A DNA stretch of 6,681 nucleotides, from IMG/VR virus record IMGVR_UViG_2609459830_000020; one strand, 5' to 3'. Source of the stretch: a virus (Duplodnaviria > Heunggongvirae > Uroviricota > Caudoviricetes). Shown here one piece after another: positions 1 to 6,681 of the stretch (position 1 is its first letter; each line of letters starts with the position of its first letter). The notes beneath the pieces were generated by a model, which was given only the letters and a program-made list of their open reading frames with translations, had not been told where the DNA came from and made no database searches. Both the position numbers and the translations under genes were made by a program.

Positions 1-435
<435 letters not shown>

Positions 436-436
436 G

Positions 437-477
437 TTCACAGATAAAATACTCTCCAGGAAACCCGGGGCGGTTCA
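437..477 (+). repeat. Right terminal inverted repeat (IRR) of the IS element
   Basis: Sequence ends ...CCCGGGGCGGTTCA at 477, giving a 5'-TGAACC...-3' terminus on the opposite strand, typical of IS3-family IRs. Exact IR length cannot be fixed without the left end. Confidence 0.6.
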
Positions 478-535
478 AAGCAACTTGCAGCCTCTGTTTT
501 GGCACAATCAAACAAAGGGCGTAAGTGACAAATTA

Positions 536-569
536 CAGGGAGAGTAAAACCTCCCTGCGTTTTTTATTT
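536..569 (+). terminator. Candidate Rho-independent terminator (7-bp GC-rich stem CAGGGAG/CTCCCTG, 8-nt loop, then CGTTTTTTATTT)
   Basis: Perfect inverted repeat at 536-542 and 551-557 followed directly by a T6-A-T3 tract on the plus strand. Lies between the IS end and the 3' end of the integrase gene; may act in both directions. Confidence 0.5.
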
Positions 570-598
570 ACTACGATTGTCTGCTTGCTGGAAGGCGA

Positions 599-1873
599 TT
601 ATTGTTTCTGAGCAAACTCAAACGGCCTGACCATCCCATCCCGGTTTGCATCAAGATAATCTGCCCACCACTGTAGCATCAACCTTCGCTGCTCAAGATG
701 TTTGGCCTTATGGGTATAGGCAGCACGAACGCTGTTGCTTTCCTTGTGGCTCATTTGAAGTTCTACCGCATCTTCAGACCATAGCCCTGATTCAATCAGA
801 GCACTACATGCCAGCGTGCGGAAACCATGACCGCAGATGTCCTGCGTGGTGTCATAGCCCATCTTACGTAGCGCTTTATTGATGGTGTTTTCACTCATGG
901 GCTTGAACGAGTCATAACAGCCCGTAAAAATTAACCCCGCCTCATTACCTTCTTCATAGGTAAGCTGGCGGATCTCTTTCAGTATTTTAAGAGCCTGCCT
1001 GCAGAGGGGAACGAAGTGCTGGCGTTTCATTTTTGCGCCACGCGTGGAATATTTGACGCGCTCAATCGCTTCACGCTTTTCTGGTATTACCCATAACTTA
1101 CTGTTGAAGTCGATTTCTGACCATCGTGCATAGCGGAGTTCACTGGAACGAATGAAAATCAACAGATTGAGTTTAATCGCCAGTGTAGTTAGTCCACGAC
1201 CTTTGTAGGCATCAATACGTTCAAGCAGTAGCGGGATCTCTTCCAGCTCCAGTGCAGGGCGGTGTTCCGTCTCTGGTTTCTGGACAGCGCCTTCCATATC
1301 ATAGGCCGGATTATGACGCATAAGCTTTTGCTGGACGGCATGACGTAGGATCGCGGTGATGTATTGCTTAATCCGCATGGCAATTTCAAGGTAGCCGAGT
1401 GTTTCTGCATTTTTAATCGGAACAAGCAGATCACCCGTATCCAGATCTGAAACGTTGCTGTCGCCAATATCCGGGAATACATAGGTCTCAAGGCGCTTCC
1501 ATACCGTATCGGCGTAATCTTCTGACCATTTTGTTTTGGTGGCAAACCAGCTTCTGGCGACGACACGGAACGAACGGGTTTTATCCCGCTTTTCCTGCAG
1601 CGCTTTTTCATCAGCCAGTTTTTTAGCGTTAGGATCGACTCCCTGAGCAAGCAGCTTTTTTGCTTCATCACGTCGTTGTCTGGCATCAGCAAGAGAAACC
1701 GCAGGGTAAACACCAATGGAAAACACTTTCTGTTTACCATCGAAGCGATAGCCTAACTGCCAGTATTTTGAACCATTGGGATGCACAAGAAGGTAGAGAC
1801 CAAATCCATCAGTGAGCTTGACGGCTTTTTCCGCTGGTCTGGCATTTTTTACTTTAGTATCAGTAAGTGACAT
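599..1873 (-). CDS. int: P4-type tyrosine integrase (site-specific recombinase) of a tRNA-Asn-associated integrative element
   Basis: 424-aa product starting MSLTDTKVKNARPAEKAVKLTDGFGLYLLV, the typical N-terminus of P4/CP4-57-family integrases. Catalytic residues appear present: R in IFIRSSELRYARW, H-x-x-R in GHGFRTLA, nucleophile Y in VRAAYTH. The ATG at 1873-1871 is preceded by GGAGGG with 7-nt spacing. The longer ORF in the track (to 1939) starts in a repeat tract with no RBS. Confidence 0.85.
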   Translation of the reverse strand: MSLTDTKVKNARPAEKAVKLTDGFGLYLLVHPNGSKYWQLGYRFDGKQKVFSIGVYPAVSLADARQRRDEAKKLLAQGVDPNAKKLADEKALQEKRDKTRSFRVVARSWFATKTKWSEDYADTVWKRLETYVFPDIGDSNVSDLDTGDLLVPIKNAETLGYLEIAMRIKQYITAILRHAVQQKLMRHNPAYDMEGAVQKPETEHRPALELEEIPLLLERIDAYKGRGLTTLAIKLNLLIFIRSSELRYARWSEIDFNSKLWVIPEKREAIERVKYSTRGAKMKRQHFVPLCRQALKILKEIRQLTYEEGNEAGLIFTGCYDSFKPMSENTINKALRKMGYDTTQDICGHGFRTLACSALIESGLWSEDAVELQMSHKESNSVRAAYTHKAKHLEQRRLMLQWWADYLDANRDGMVRPFEFAQKQ

Positions 1874-1890
1874 GACGGTTCCCTCCGCGT

Positions 1891-1937
1891 GCTGGTAAAA
1901 CGCAAATCGAACCAGCTTTACCAGCATTTTTACCAGC
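1891..1937. repeat. Cluster of ACCAGC/GCTGGT motifs (GCTGGTAAAA inverted; ACCAGC; TTTACCAGC; TTTTTACCAGC) just upstream of the integrase start
   Basis: Four copies of the hexamer, three direct and one inverted, within 47 bp, located 20-65 bp upstream of the int start codon. Candidate recombinase or regulator binding sites. Confidence 0.4.
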
Positions 1938-2017
1938 AAAGTAGTGTGGGTTCGAGCGATTTTTAACGAACGAGGGTGAACCTGAAGAAGGGAGTAACCA
2001 GTTGATATAAATGCAGA

Positions 2018-2043
2018 AAGCAGACGTCAGTGAACGTCTGCTT
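2018..2043 (-). terminator. Candidate terminator hairpin downstream of tRNA-Asn (10-bp stem AAGCAGACGT/ACGTCTGCTT, 6-nt loop)
   Basis: Perfect 10-bp inverted repeat beginning 10 nt past the tRNA 3' end. On the minus-strand transcript it is followed by TCTGCATTTATAT, which is T-rich but not a clean U-tract. Confidence 0.45.
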
Positions 2044-2052
2044 CCCTTAAAT

Positions 2053-2128
2053 TGGCTCCTCTGACTGGACTCGAACCAGTGACATACGGATTAACAGTCC
2101 GCCGTTCTACCGACTGAACTACAGAGGA
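2053..2128 (-). tRNA. asnT: tRNA-Asn (anticodon GUU), 76 nt with encoded CCA
   Basis: Reverse complement reads TCCTCTGTAGTTCAGTCGGTAGAACGGCGGACTGTTAATCCGTATGTCACTGGTTCGAGTCCAGTCAGAGGAGCCA: 7-bp acceptor stem, anticodon loop CTGTTAA, T-arm GGTTCGAGTCC. The symbol asnT is inferred from adjacency to mtfA as in E. coli K-12; the several asn tRNA gene copies are identical in sequence. Confidence 0.95.
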
Positions 2129-2146
2129 ATCGTGTGAACGGGGCGC

Positions 2147-2175
2147 ATATTACTTAGCGGTACCTTGTCTGTCAA
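2147..2175 (-). promoter_or_regulatory. Sigma70 promoter for the tRNA-Asn gene: -35 TTGACA, 17-bp spacer, -10 TAATAT, GC-rich discriminator GCGCCCC
   Basis: On the minus strand: TTGACAgacaaggtaccgctaagTAATATgcgcccc, ending about 7-8 nt before the tRNA 5' end. The GC-rich discriminator is typical of stringently controlled stable-RNA promoters. Confidence 0.6.
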
Positions 2176-2228
2176 CACTAAATTTCATAAGTCATTTCAA
2201 TTGGTTAATTAATCTGCAAAGTTGTTAA

Positions 2229-3026
2229 TTAATGAACATTCGTCGCCGAAAACGAGTCTGTATCATTAGTGCGATGTAGTCTCTGCAAAGGATCTTGTTG
2301 ATAAAATTGGCAGAAACGTTGCCACAATGAAGGGAAACGAGGAGCAAAAAGTTCTGGGGCGCTAAAGAAATATTCAGAAAGTACGGCAAAACATTCAGCA
2401 GGATCACTGGCAGCATAAGCATCAATGCTCGCCGCATTCTCGCCAACCAATTCGATTTCTTCCTGAATGTTGTTCATTGCAGCATGAAGATCGTGTTCCC
2501 AGCCAGCAACCTCACGCAACGGAATAAAGGGAACTCCGCTGGCGCGATCGCCGTTACGGGTGTCCAGCTTATGAGCGACTTCATGAATAATCAGGTTAAA
2601 ACCAGAAGCATCAAAAGAATCTTGTATATCCAACCAGTTCAAAACGATAGGCCCTTGCTGCCAGCTCTGACCTGACTGAACAATACGTTGGTTATGCACC
2701 AGACCGATATCGTCTTCCCATTCATCATCGACCACAAATGGCGCAGGATAAATTAAGACTTCATGAAAACCATCCAGCCATTCCAGTCCTAACTCCAGAA
2801 CGGGTAGGCAAAATAGAAGTGCTATCCGGCAGCTTCTTAATGAATCCAGTTCAAAGCCCTGTAAAGGAACAAGCCGCTTTTGCTGTAAAAAACGTTCGGC
2901 AAGAGTGACTAATTTGCTTTGTTCCTGTTCCGTCAGACACGTTAAAAGGGGGATCGATAGTGCTTCCTGCCAGGGAAGGGCAGTTTGATGTGCTGATTCT
3001 TGTACTTTCCAGGGCCACTTAATCAT
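2229..3026 (-). CDS. mtfA: MtfA (Mlc titration factor A), zinc-dependent peptidase family
   Basis: 265-aa product starting [23 protein letters not shown] with an HEVAH zinc-binding motif (HExxH). Start chosen at the internal Met at 3026 to match the recalled length and N-terminus of E. coli MtfA; the track ORF extends 13 codons upstream. The RBS is weak. Confidence 0.8.
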
Positions 3027-3075
3027 CGTTTTGCTCGCAAACTCGTCACTTGAACAAAATTGCACGGACAGGGAC

Positions 3076-3084
3076 TGTTAAAAT
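3076..3084 (+). promoter_or_regulatory. Candidate extended -10 element (TGtTAAAAT) for the tRNA-Ser gene
   Basis: TG-n-TAAAAT lies about 35 bp upstream of the mature tRNA 5' end. No convincing -35 at proper spacing, so this is tentative. Confidence 0.25.
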
Positions 3085-3119
3085 GCCAAATTTCCTGGCA
3101 TCATGGCAACCATCTGAAC

Positions 3120-3209
3120 GGAGAGATGCCGGAGCGGCTGAACGGACCGGTCTCGAAAACCGGAGTGGGGGCAACTCCACCGGGGGTTCAAATCCCCCTC
3201 TCTCCGCCA
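3120..3209 (+). tRNA. serU: tRNA-Ser (anticodon CGA), 90 nt with long variable arm and encoded CCA
   Basis: GGAGAGATGCCGGAGCGGCTGAACGGACCGGTCTCGAAAACCGGAGTGGGGGCAACTCCACCGGGGGTTCAAATCCCCCTCTCTCCGCCA: acceptor stem GGAGAGA/TCTCTCC, anticodon stem CCGGT/ACCGG with loop CTCGAAA, class II variable arm. Confidence 0.93.
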
Positions 3210-3253
3210 AAATTCAATCACTTATACATCATTAAGTCAGTGACAAAAATCAC

Positions 3254-3300
3254 ACTTGGAATTACTTGGAATTACTTGGAATATTTTCTTGGAATATTTT
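3254..3300. repeat. Four tandem copies of CTTGGAAT (ACTTGGAATT x2, ACTTGGAATA, then CTTGGAATATTTT x2 overlapping): candidate integrase arm-type (P'-like) binding sites
   Basis: Direct repeats at 3255, 3265, 3275 and 3288, lying 45-90 bp past the tRNA 3' end and overlapping the last codons and stop of the integrase gene. Phage lambda places its P' arm sites in the same position relative to int. Confidence 0.5.
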
Positions 3301-4297
3301 CAGGTAACGGGACATCAAGTGTCGGTGAAACTTTAACCTTCCTGTCATAGATTAGCACTTGCCCCTCGGTTTTGTGACCAGAGAAAAGTTGCTTATCCCG
3401 ACTGCTTCCTTCATAGTCTGAAATTCCTTTCGCCTTCAGATCATGAAAGGTGAAGTCGGTTAAAATACCTGAAATTTTGCCTGCGCGATTTCTTGCTTCT
3501 ACCCACATTTCGTTAAAGCCTTTGTACATATATCGGTTGCCGTATTGATTACTGATTACATAGGCGGATGTTGGTAACTGTTTTGCTTTTTCGATCGCCG
3601 CCTGTAATCGTGGACTCCATGCTTTTATCTGTTTTTTTCCTGTTTTCCCTTGCTGGATAAAGATTCCGTCGTTTCCAATCTGCTCCCATTTCAGCGATAA
3701 CACATCGGAAACCCTCGCTGCACACAGATAGGCAATTTCCATTGCGATAAAAACAGGAAGAGGTGCAACGCTTAATACTGCCTGGTATTCTTTGTCGGTT
3801 ACATATCGTTCGCGGTTTTTGGCCTTGAATTTACTTACACCTGCACATGGGTTAGCCTTCACGTACCCTCGCTCATACCCCCAACTGTAAACGCGGGACA
3901 TACTGCTTTTTTCATGGTTGGCTTGCGTTTTACTCTGTTCCCCTCTCTTGTCCATGTATCGACGGATGTGTTCTGGTTTTATGGAATCTGCCGGCACCTT
4001 ACCGAATACGGCAAGCAACTTTTTTTGATGTTGCAGATAATCTTTTTGTGTTCTTGGACTGAGGTCACTGTAATAGGCGCTGGCGAGGAATTTTTCCCAC
4101 AAGCGACCGAATGTCATTGCACGATCGCGATTATTTACAGTTTCCTCATACTTTTTCCATAAAGCAGCTAAACCATCCTTGATGGCGGTTAGTGTGACAG
4201 ATTCTCTGGATGTTGGTTTCCATACATAACTATATTTATTTGGGTATACATTTGGAGGTAGTTTTTCGTGTTCAGGATTTTTCCTTCGTCTTCCCAT
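3272..4297 (-). CDS. int: Lambda-type prophage tyrosine integrase with N-terminal arm-binding domain
   Basis: 341-aa product. N-terminus MGRRRKNPEHEKLPPNVY parallels lambda Int MGRRRSHERRDLPPNLY. Catalytic motifs: R in CAARVSDV, K in QQGKTGKK, H285-D-L-K288 (Lys where box II Arg is expected), G-H308-K, nucleophile Y317 in LIYDR. The start codon overlaps the xis stop as TAATG. Confidence 0.85.
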   Translation of the reverse strand: MGRRRKNPEHEKLPPNVYPNKYSYVWKPTSRESVTLTAIKDGLAALWKKYEETVNNRDRAMTFGRLWEKFLASAYYSDLSPRTQKDYLQHQKKLLAVFGKVPADSIKPEHIRRYMDKRGEQSKTQANHEKSSMSRVYSWGYERGYVKANPCAGVSKFKAKNRERYVTDKEYQAVLSVAPLPVFIAMEIAYLCAARVSDVLSLKWEQIGNDGIFIQQGKTGKKQIKAWSPRLQAAIEKAKQLPTSAYVISNQYGNRYMYKGFNEMWVEARNRAGKISGILTDFTFHDLKAKGISDYEGSSRDKQLFSGHKTEGQVLIYDRKVKVSPTLDVPLPENIPRKYSK

Positions 4298-4500
4298 TAG
4301 ATTGCACCAAAATTCGGCTCTACCTCGCGTGGTGGTAAAGTTTTATTGCAGGTAAATAGATCCCGGCTGACAATCGGTTTGCCACTACGATTGGTATAGA
4401 ACGGAAGCCCGTTTTCCGTTAACCATTTTCGCTGGTGGCTTGCATATTTGCAGCCCGTTAATATTAGCAATTCATCTTCGGTTAAAAATAAGTTGCTCAT
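4297..4500 (-). CDS. xis: Excisionase-like protein (small recombination directionality factor)
   Basis: 67-aa ORF directly upstream of int, overlapping it by 1 nt (TAATG) as is typical of xis-int pairs. The product MSNLFLTEDELLILTGCKYASHQRKWLTENGLPFY resembles small excisionase-like proteins of lambdoid prophages. The RBS is weak. Confidence 0.6.
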   Translation of the reverse strand: MSNLFLTEDELLILTGCKYASHQRKWLTENGLPFYTNRSGKPIVSRDLFTCNKTLPPREVEPNFGAI

Positions 4501-4517
4501 AGCTATATCTCATAACC

Positions 4518-4543
4518 GCCGCTAACTATATACGGTTAGCGGC
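4518..4543. other. Perfect 9-bp inverted repeat GCCGCTAAC / GTTAGCGGC with an 8-nt AT-rich loop, in the exonuclease-xis intergenic region
   Basis: GCCGCTAACtatatacgGTTAGCGGC at 4518-4543. Not followed by a T-tract on either strand, so more likely a protein-binding palindrome or RNA structure than a terminator. Confidence 0.4.
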
Positions 4544-4558
4544 AATTAGGGTTGAACA

Positions 4559-6679
4559 TTAAAAATCAGCCTGACTCGGGATCAGTTTTTGCCAGATAAC
4601 TGAAACGTATTTTGCCTGGTAACGGGCGTCATCAAGTGCATTATGGCGCTCACCTTCGAATGGAATAGCCGTTCTGGCATCGAAGTCTATGGCTTTCCCC
4701 AGCTCAACGATTGTGCGTACATCGCGATCGTTGTAGTAACGCCACGGGCAGGGGATCCCCTGCCGTTCGTATGAACGGCGCAAAATCGTGTTGTCGAAGT
4801 TGGCTCCATTTCCCCAGACCTGAACAAAAAATTCACCGGAGTTTTCGTCGATAAATTCCCGCAATTGTAACAGTGCATCATCTAACTGGATTTCATCGGT
4901 CATAATGGCAGATTGCGCTTCGCGTGATTGCTTAAGCCACCATTTAATGGTGTCCCGATCAATGACTCCGCCAGCAGTTTCCAGATCGATAGTCTTACTA
5001 AATTCCGGTCCCATATCTCCGGTTTGCGGATCGAAAAATATTGCACCTATTGAGATGATCGGGGCATCAGGATTTTTTCCCATGGTTTCAAGGTCGATCA
5101 TTAGATGGTCACACGTCCTGCTGGTGGATGTGATTTCTTGATGACCGTTCACCTTAATTGAGTGATCTGCCGTCTCGCCAGTTTCATTATCGCTGGCATG
5201 ATGCTGATTGCCGCCAGTGTTCTCCTTGTGTGGATGTTCAGCGCCTTCCATTTTCTCCGGATCATCTTCCTGAACTTCAACCTGATACTCTTCATCGAAT
5301 GTTTCCTGGTATGTTGCGTCGCCCATCACCGCGCCACAATCAGGGCAGTTGCCGCCGCCGGTCTGACCGCAGGCGGTGCAGACTTTTTCCACTTCCTGTT
5401 GCGCCACTGGTTCAGGCTGTTTCGTTTCTGGCTCGTTTTGTAACGCATTTGGGCTGTTTTGTTCCGCTTTTTGGTAGTTCCGTTCCGATTCATGCTGGTT
5501 CTGGTTTACAGAATCGCGGGTCTGGATCCCCTTAACCCATTTCGGATCATTCGGGTCGCTAATCCCTGCAACAAATTCTCCGCGAGAGGCAGCAAGCAAC
5601 TTATCGGCGTCAGGCTGGCTGATATTGGCTGCCTGCATAATTTTGTTTACTTCGTCAGCGGTAACTTTTACCGGCTCTGGTTGTGCGGTCGTGTCAGATG
5701 CACCAGTATTTTGTTGTGAACCTGAGTATGTACTGTTTTTGCGGGCGAAATATTCTTCTTTCGTGATTTCAGTAGCCCCGGCAGCCAGTGCCTTATCCAG
5801 ACCAGAAAGTTTGTTTGCGCGACCGTATTTTTCGCCATCCTTGTCGGTGAAGAGGAAGTAGAACGGCCCCTCACGCTCTACAGATGGTTCGACTTCCACT
5901 TTGCATTCGGTTTTTTCGTTGTCCGGAATTGCCGTTTCCACTGCATCAGTTTCTGGTACTGACGACGAGAGAGTATCAGTTGCGCTCTGATTTGTTCCTT
6001 CATCTTCAAACACGCCCTTTGTAGTCAGGTATTCAGTAATGTATTTGTTCAGTGCCACAGGGTCTTTGTGAATGTCGATCGGACGTTCACGGACAAGGCC
6101 AAAAATAGTCTGGCGGTCGTAGCGAAGGGCATCAGGCTGTTTGCGCATTGATGTCGAGATACGCTTCCAGTCTTCGCGGTCGTTGTCGATAACTTCATTT
6201 TTTGCCCAGCGATGGATGCTGCCGTCAATGTTTCCGGCATCCACATCACCAGGCCAGAGAGCGTAGGCCAGTTCGTCATCCAGTGTTTTCCATGTCTGCT
6301 TGTATTCGCGATGAATGGCAGCAATGACCAGGCTGATTTTTCCTGTTGAATTTTCAGTGTGCTGTTGATTGACTCTGGCGCGGGCGAGATCAACAACAGA
6401 CGTGTATTTTCCGGTTTCCTTGCGTTCACCTTCGCGACGTTTTTTCCAGATGCGCATCTCTGCCTGAATTTCGGGCCATTTGGCACCAGGCTTACATTTA
6501 TGCTTAACCCACCCGATGGCATGCAGCTTAAGCTCCGGATACATGGCGTTAACTTCTGGCATTTTCATCAACGCTTCAACGATATGTCCGTTGAATGTTG
6601 CCATGTCTTCCTGCAACAATTCCTGTGCGCTAATAACCATATCAACGGTGATGTTTTCACATGTGTCGAACTTAACCAT
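4559..6679 (-). CDS. Large prophage early-region nuclease: unknown N-terminal domain, acidic low-complexity linker with a Cys4 ribbon, C-terminal DEDDh (DnaQ-like) 3'-5' exonuclease domain
   Basis: 706-aa ORF. The C-terminal about 180 aa carry Exo I (MIDLETMG), Exo II ([11 protein letters not shown]) and Exo III ([13 protein letters not shown]) motifs. The central region has [17 protein letters not shown] (CxxC-x7-CxxC). The ATG at 6679-6677 is at the window edge, so the true start may lie upstream outside the window. Confidence 0.6.
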   Translation of the reverse strand: MVKFDTCENITVDMVISAQELLQEDMATFNGHIVEALMKMPEVNAMYPELKLHAIGWVKHKCKPGAKWPEIQAEMRIWKKRREGERKETGKYTSVVDLARARVNQQHTENSTGKISLVIAAIHREYKQTWKTLDDELAYALWPGDVDAGNIDGSIHRWAKNEVIDNDREDWKRISTSMRKQPDALRYDRQTIFGLVRERPIDIHKDPVALNKYITEYLTTKGVFEDEGTNQSATDTLSSSVPETDAVETAIPDNEKTECKVEVEPSVEREGPFYFLFTDKDGEKYGRANKLSGLDKALAAGATEITKEEYFARKNSTYSGSQQNTGASDTTAQPEPVKVTADEVNKIMQAANISQPDADKLLAASRGEFVAGISDPNDPKWVKGIQTRDSVNQNQHESERNYQKAEQNSPNALQNEPETKQPEPVAQQEVEKVCTACGQTGGGNCPDCGAVMGDATYQETFDEEYQVEVQEDDPEKMEGAEHPHKENTGGNQHHASDNETGETADHSIKVNGHQEITSTSRTCDHLMIDLETMGKNPDAPIISIGAIFFDPQTGDMGPEFSKTIDLETAGGVIDRDTIKWWLKQSREAQSAIMTDEIQLDDALLQLREFIDENSGEFFVQVWGNGANFDNTILRRSYERQGIPCPWRYYNDRDVRTIVELGKAIDFDARTAIPFEGERHNALDDARYQAKYVSVIWQKLIPSQADF

Positions 6680-6681
6680 GA

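Larger units (their letters stand above)
3210..6681. mobile_element. Left arm of a lambdoid prophage integrated next to the 3' end of tRNA-Ser (att junction, int, xis, early-region nuclease); continues beyond the window end
   Basis: Lambda-like gene order and orientation (arm-type repeats, int, xis overlapping int, exonuclease gene), all transcribed toward the tRNA, beginning directly after its 3' end. Confidence 0.75.

Noticed and set aside
490-500. GCCTCTG near the IS end as a possible remnant of the tRNA-Asn 3' end (distal att repeat of the island)
   Set aside because: The match to the tRNA 3' end (GCTCCTCTGACTGG) is too short and gapped to distinguish from chance; the island's distal boundary is probably outside the window.
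646-1740. ORFs 646..882(+) and 1189..1740(-) inside the integrase gene
   Set aside because: Antisense or out of frame relative to a well-supported integrase CDS; products are Cys/Trp/Arg-rich with no motifs; typical shadow ORFs.
1874-1939. N-terminal extension of the P4-type integrase ORF (MLVKMLVKLVRFAFYQHAEGTV)
   Set aside because: Encoded by the ACCAGC repeat tract with no RBS. The downstream ATG at 1873 has a GGAGGG Shine-Dalgarno and gives the canonical MSLTDTK integrase N-terminus.
1948-1958. GGGTTCGAGCG resembling a tRNA T-arm, as a possible partial att copy or tRNA remnant
   Set aside because: Only about 8 nt of similarity, in the opposite orientation to the adjacent tRNA-Asn, with no flanking acceptor-stem sequence; consistent with chance.
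2225-2675. ORFs 2225..2446(-) and 2484..2675(+) within mtfA
   Set aside because: Overlap the mtfA coding frame, which has the HEVAH motif and the expected N-terminus; no independent support.
3254-3300. Possible CRISPR array (short tandem repeats)
   Set aside because: Repeat units are only 8-13 bp, directly abutting with no spacers, and overlap the int 3' end; this fits recombinase arm sites, not CRISPR.
3050-3350. ORFs 3050..3235(+) and 3060..3350(+) spanning the serU region
   Set aside because: They run straight through the tRNA-Ser gene and the arm-type repeat tract; the tRNA structure fully explains this sequence.
3914-4162. ORF 3914..4162(+) antisense to the prophage integrase
   Set aside because: Antisense shadow ORF with no RBS or recognisable product.
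4687-6522. Eight ORFs inside the nuclease gene: 4687..4881(-), 4905..5141(+), 5158..5535(+), 5162..5443(+), 5459..5719(+), 5625..5861(+), 5668..5874(-) and 6049..6522(-)
   Set aside because: All are antisense to, or out of frame with, the 706-codon nuclease ORF, whose conserved DEDDh motifs fix the coding frame. The Arg-rich and hydrophobic products (for example the 93-aa 5162..5443 ORF) are the compositional artefacts expected opposite an acidic coding region.

Overview
This window reads as an enterobacterial (E. coli-like) chromosomal segment in which one core gene, mtfA, sits between two tRNA genes that each carry an integrated mobile element. All calls are from reading the sequence by eye; no database search was run. 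Left to right: (1) the 3' part of an IS3-family insertion sequence (IS629/IS1203-like), with the C-terminal part of its transposase OrfB (1-435) and a right end ...GGTTCA at about 477; (2) a minus-strand P4-type tyrosine integrase (599-1873) lying just downstream of tRNA-Asn(GUU) (2053-2128, minus), the classic arrangement of a tRNA-linked genomic island; (3) mtfA (2229-3026, minus; HEVAH zinc-peptidase motif); (4) tRNA-Ser(CGA) (3120-3209, plus); (5) the left arm of a lambdoid prophage integrated next to that tRNA: arm-type direct repeats, a lambda-type integrase (3272-4297, minus), an excisionase-like gene overlapping int in a TAATG junction (4297-4500, minus), and a large nuclease gene (4559-6679, minus) whose C-terminal domain has a DEDDh 3'-5' exonuclease signature. 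I see no CRISPR array, toxin-antitoxin pair or recognisable defence operon, and I cannot support a claim of a new system from this window. The items most worth follow-up are the apparent Arg-to-Lys substitution in box II of the prophage integrase, the unusual three-part architecture of the prophage nuclease, and short repeat clusters that look like recombinase-binding sites. Most other ORFs in the six-frame track are shadow ORFs antisense to, or out of frame with, these genes.
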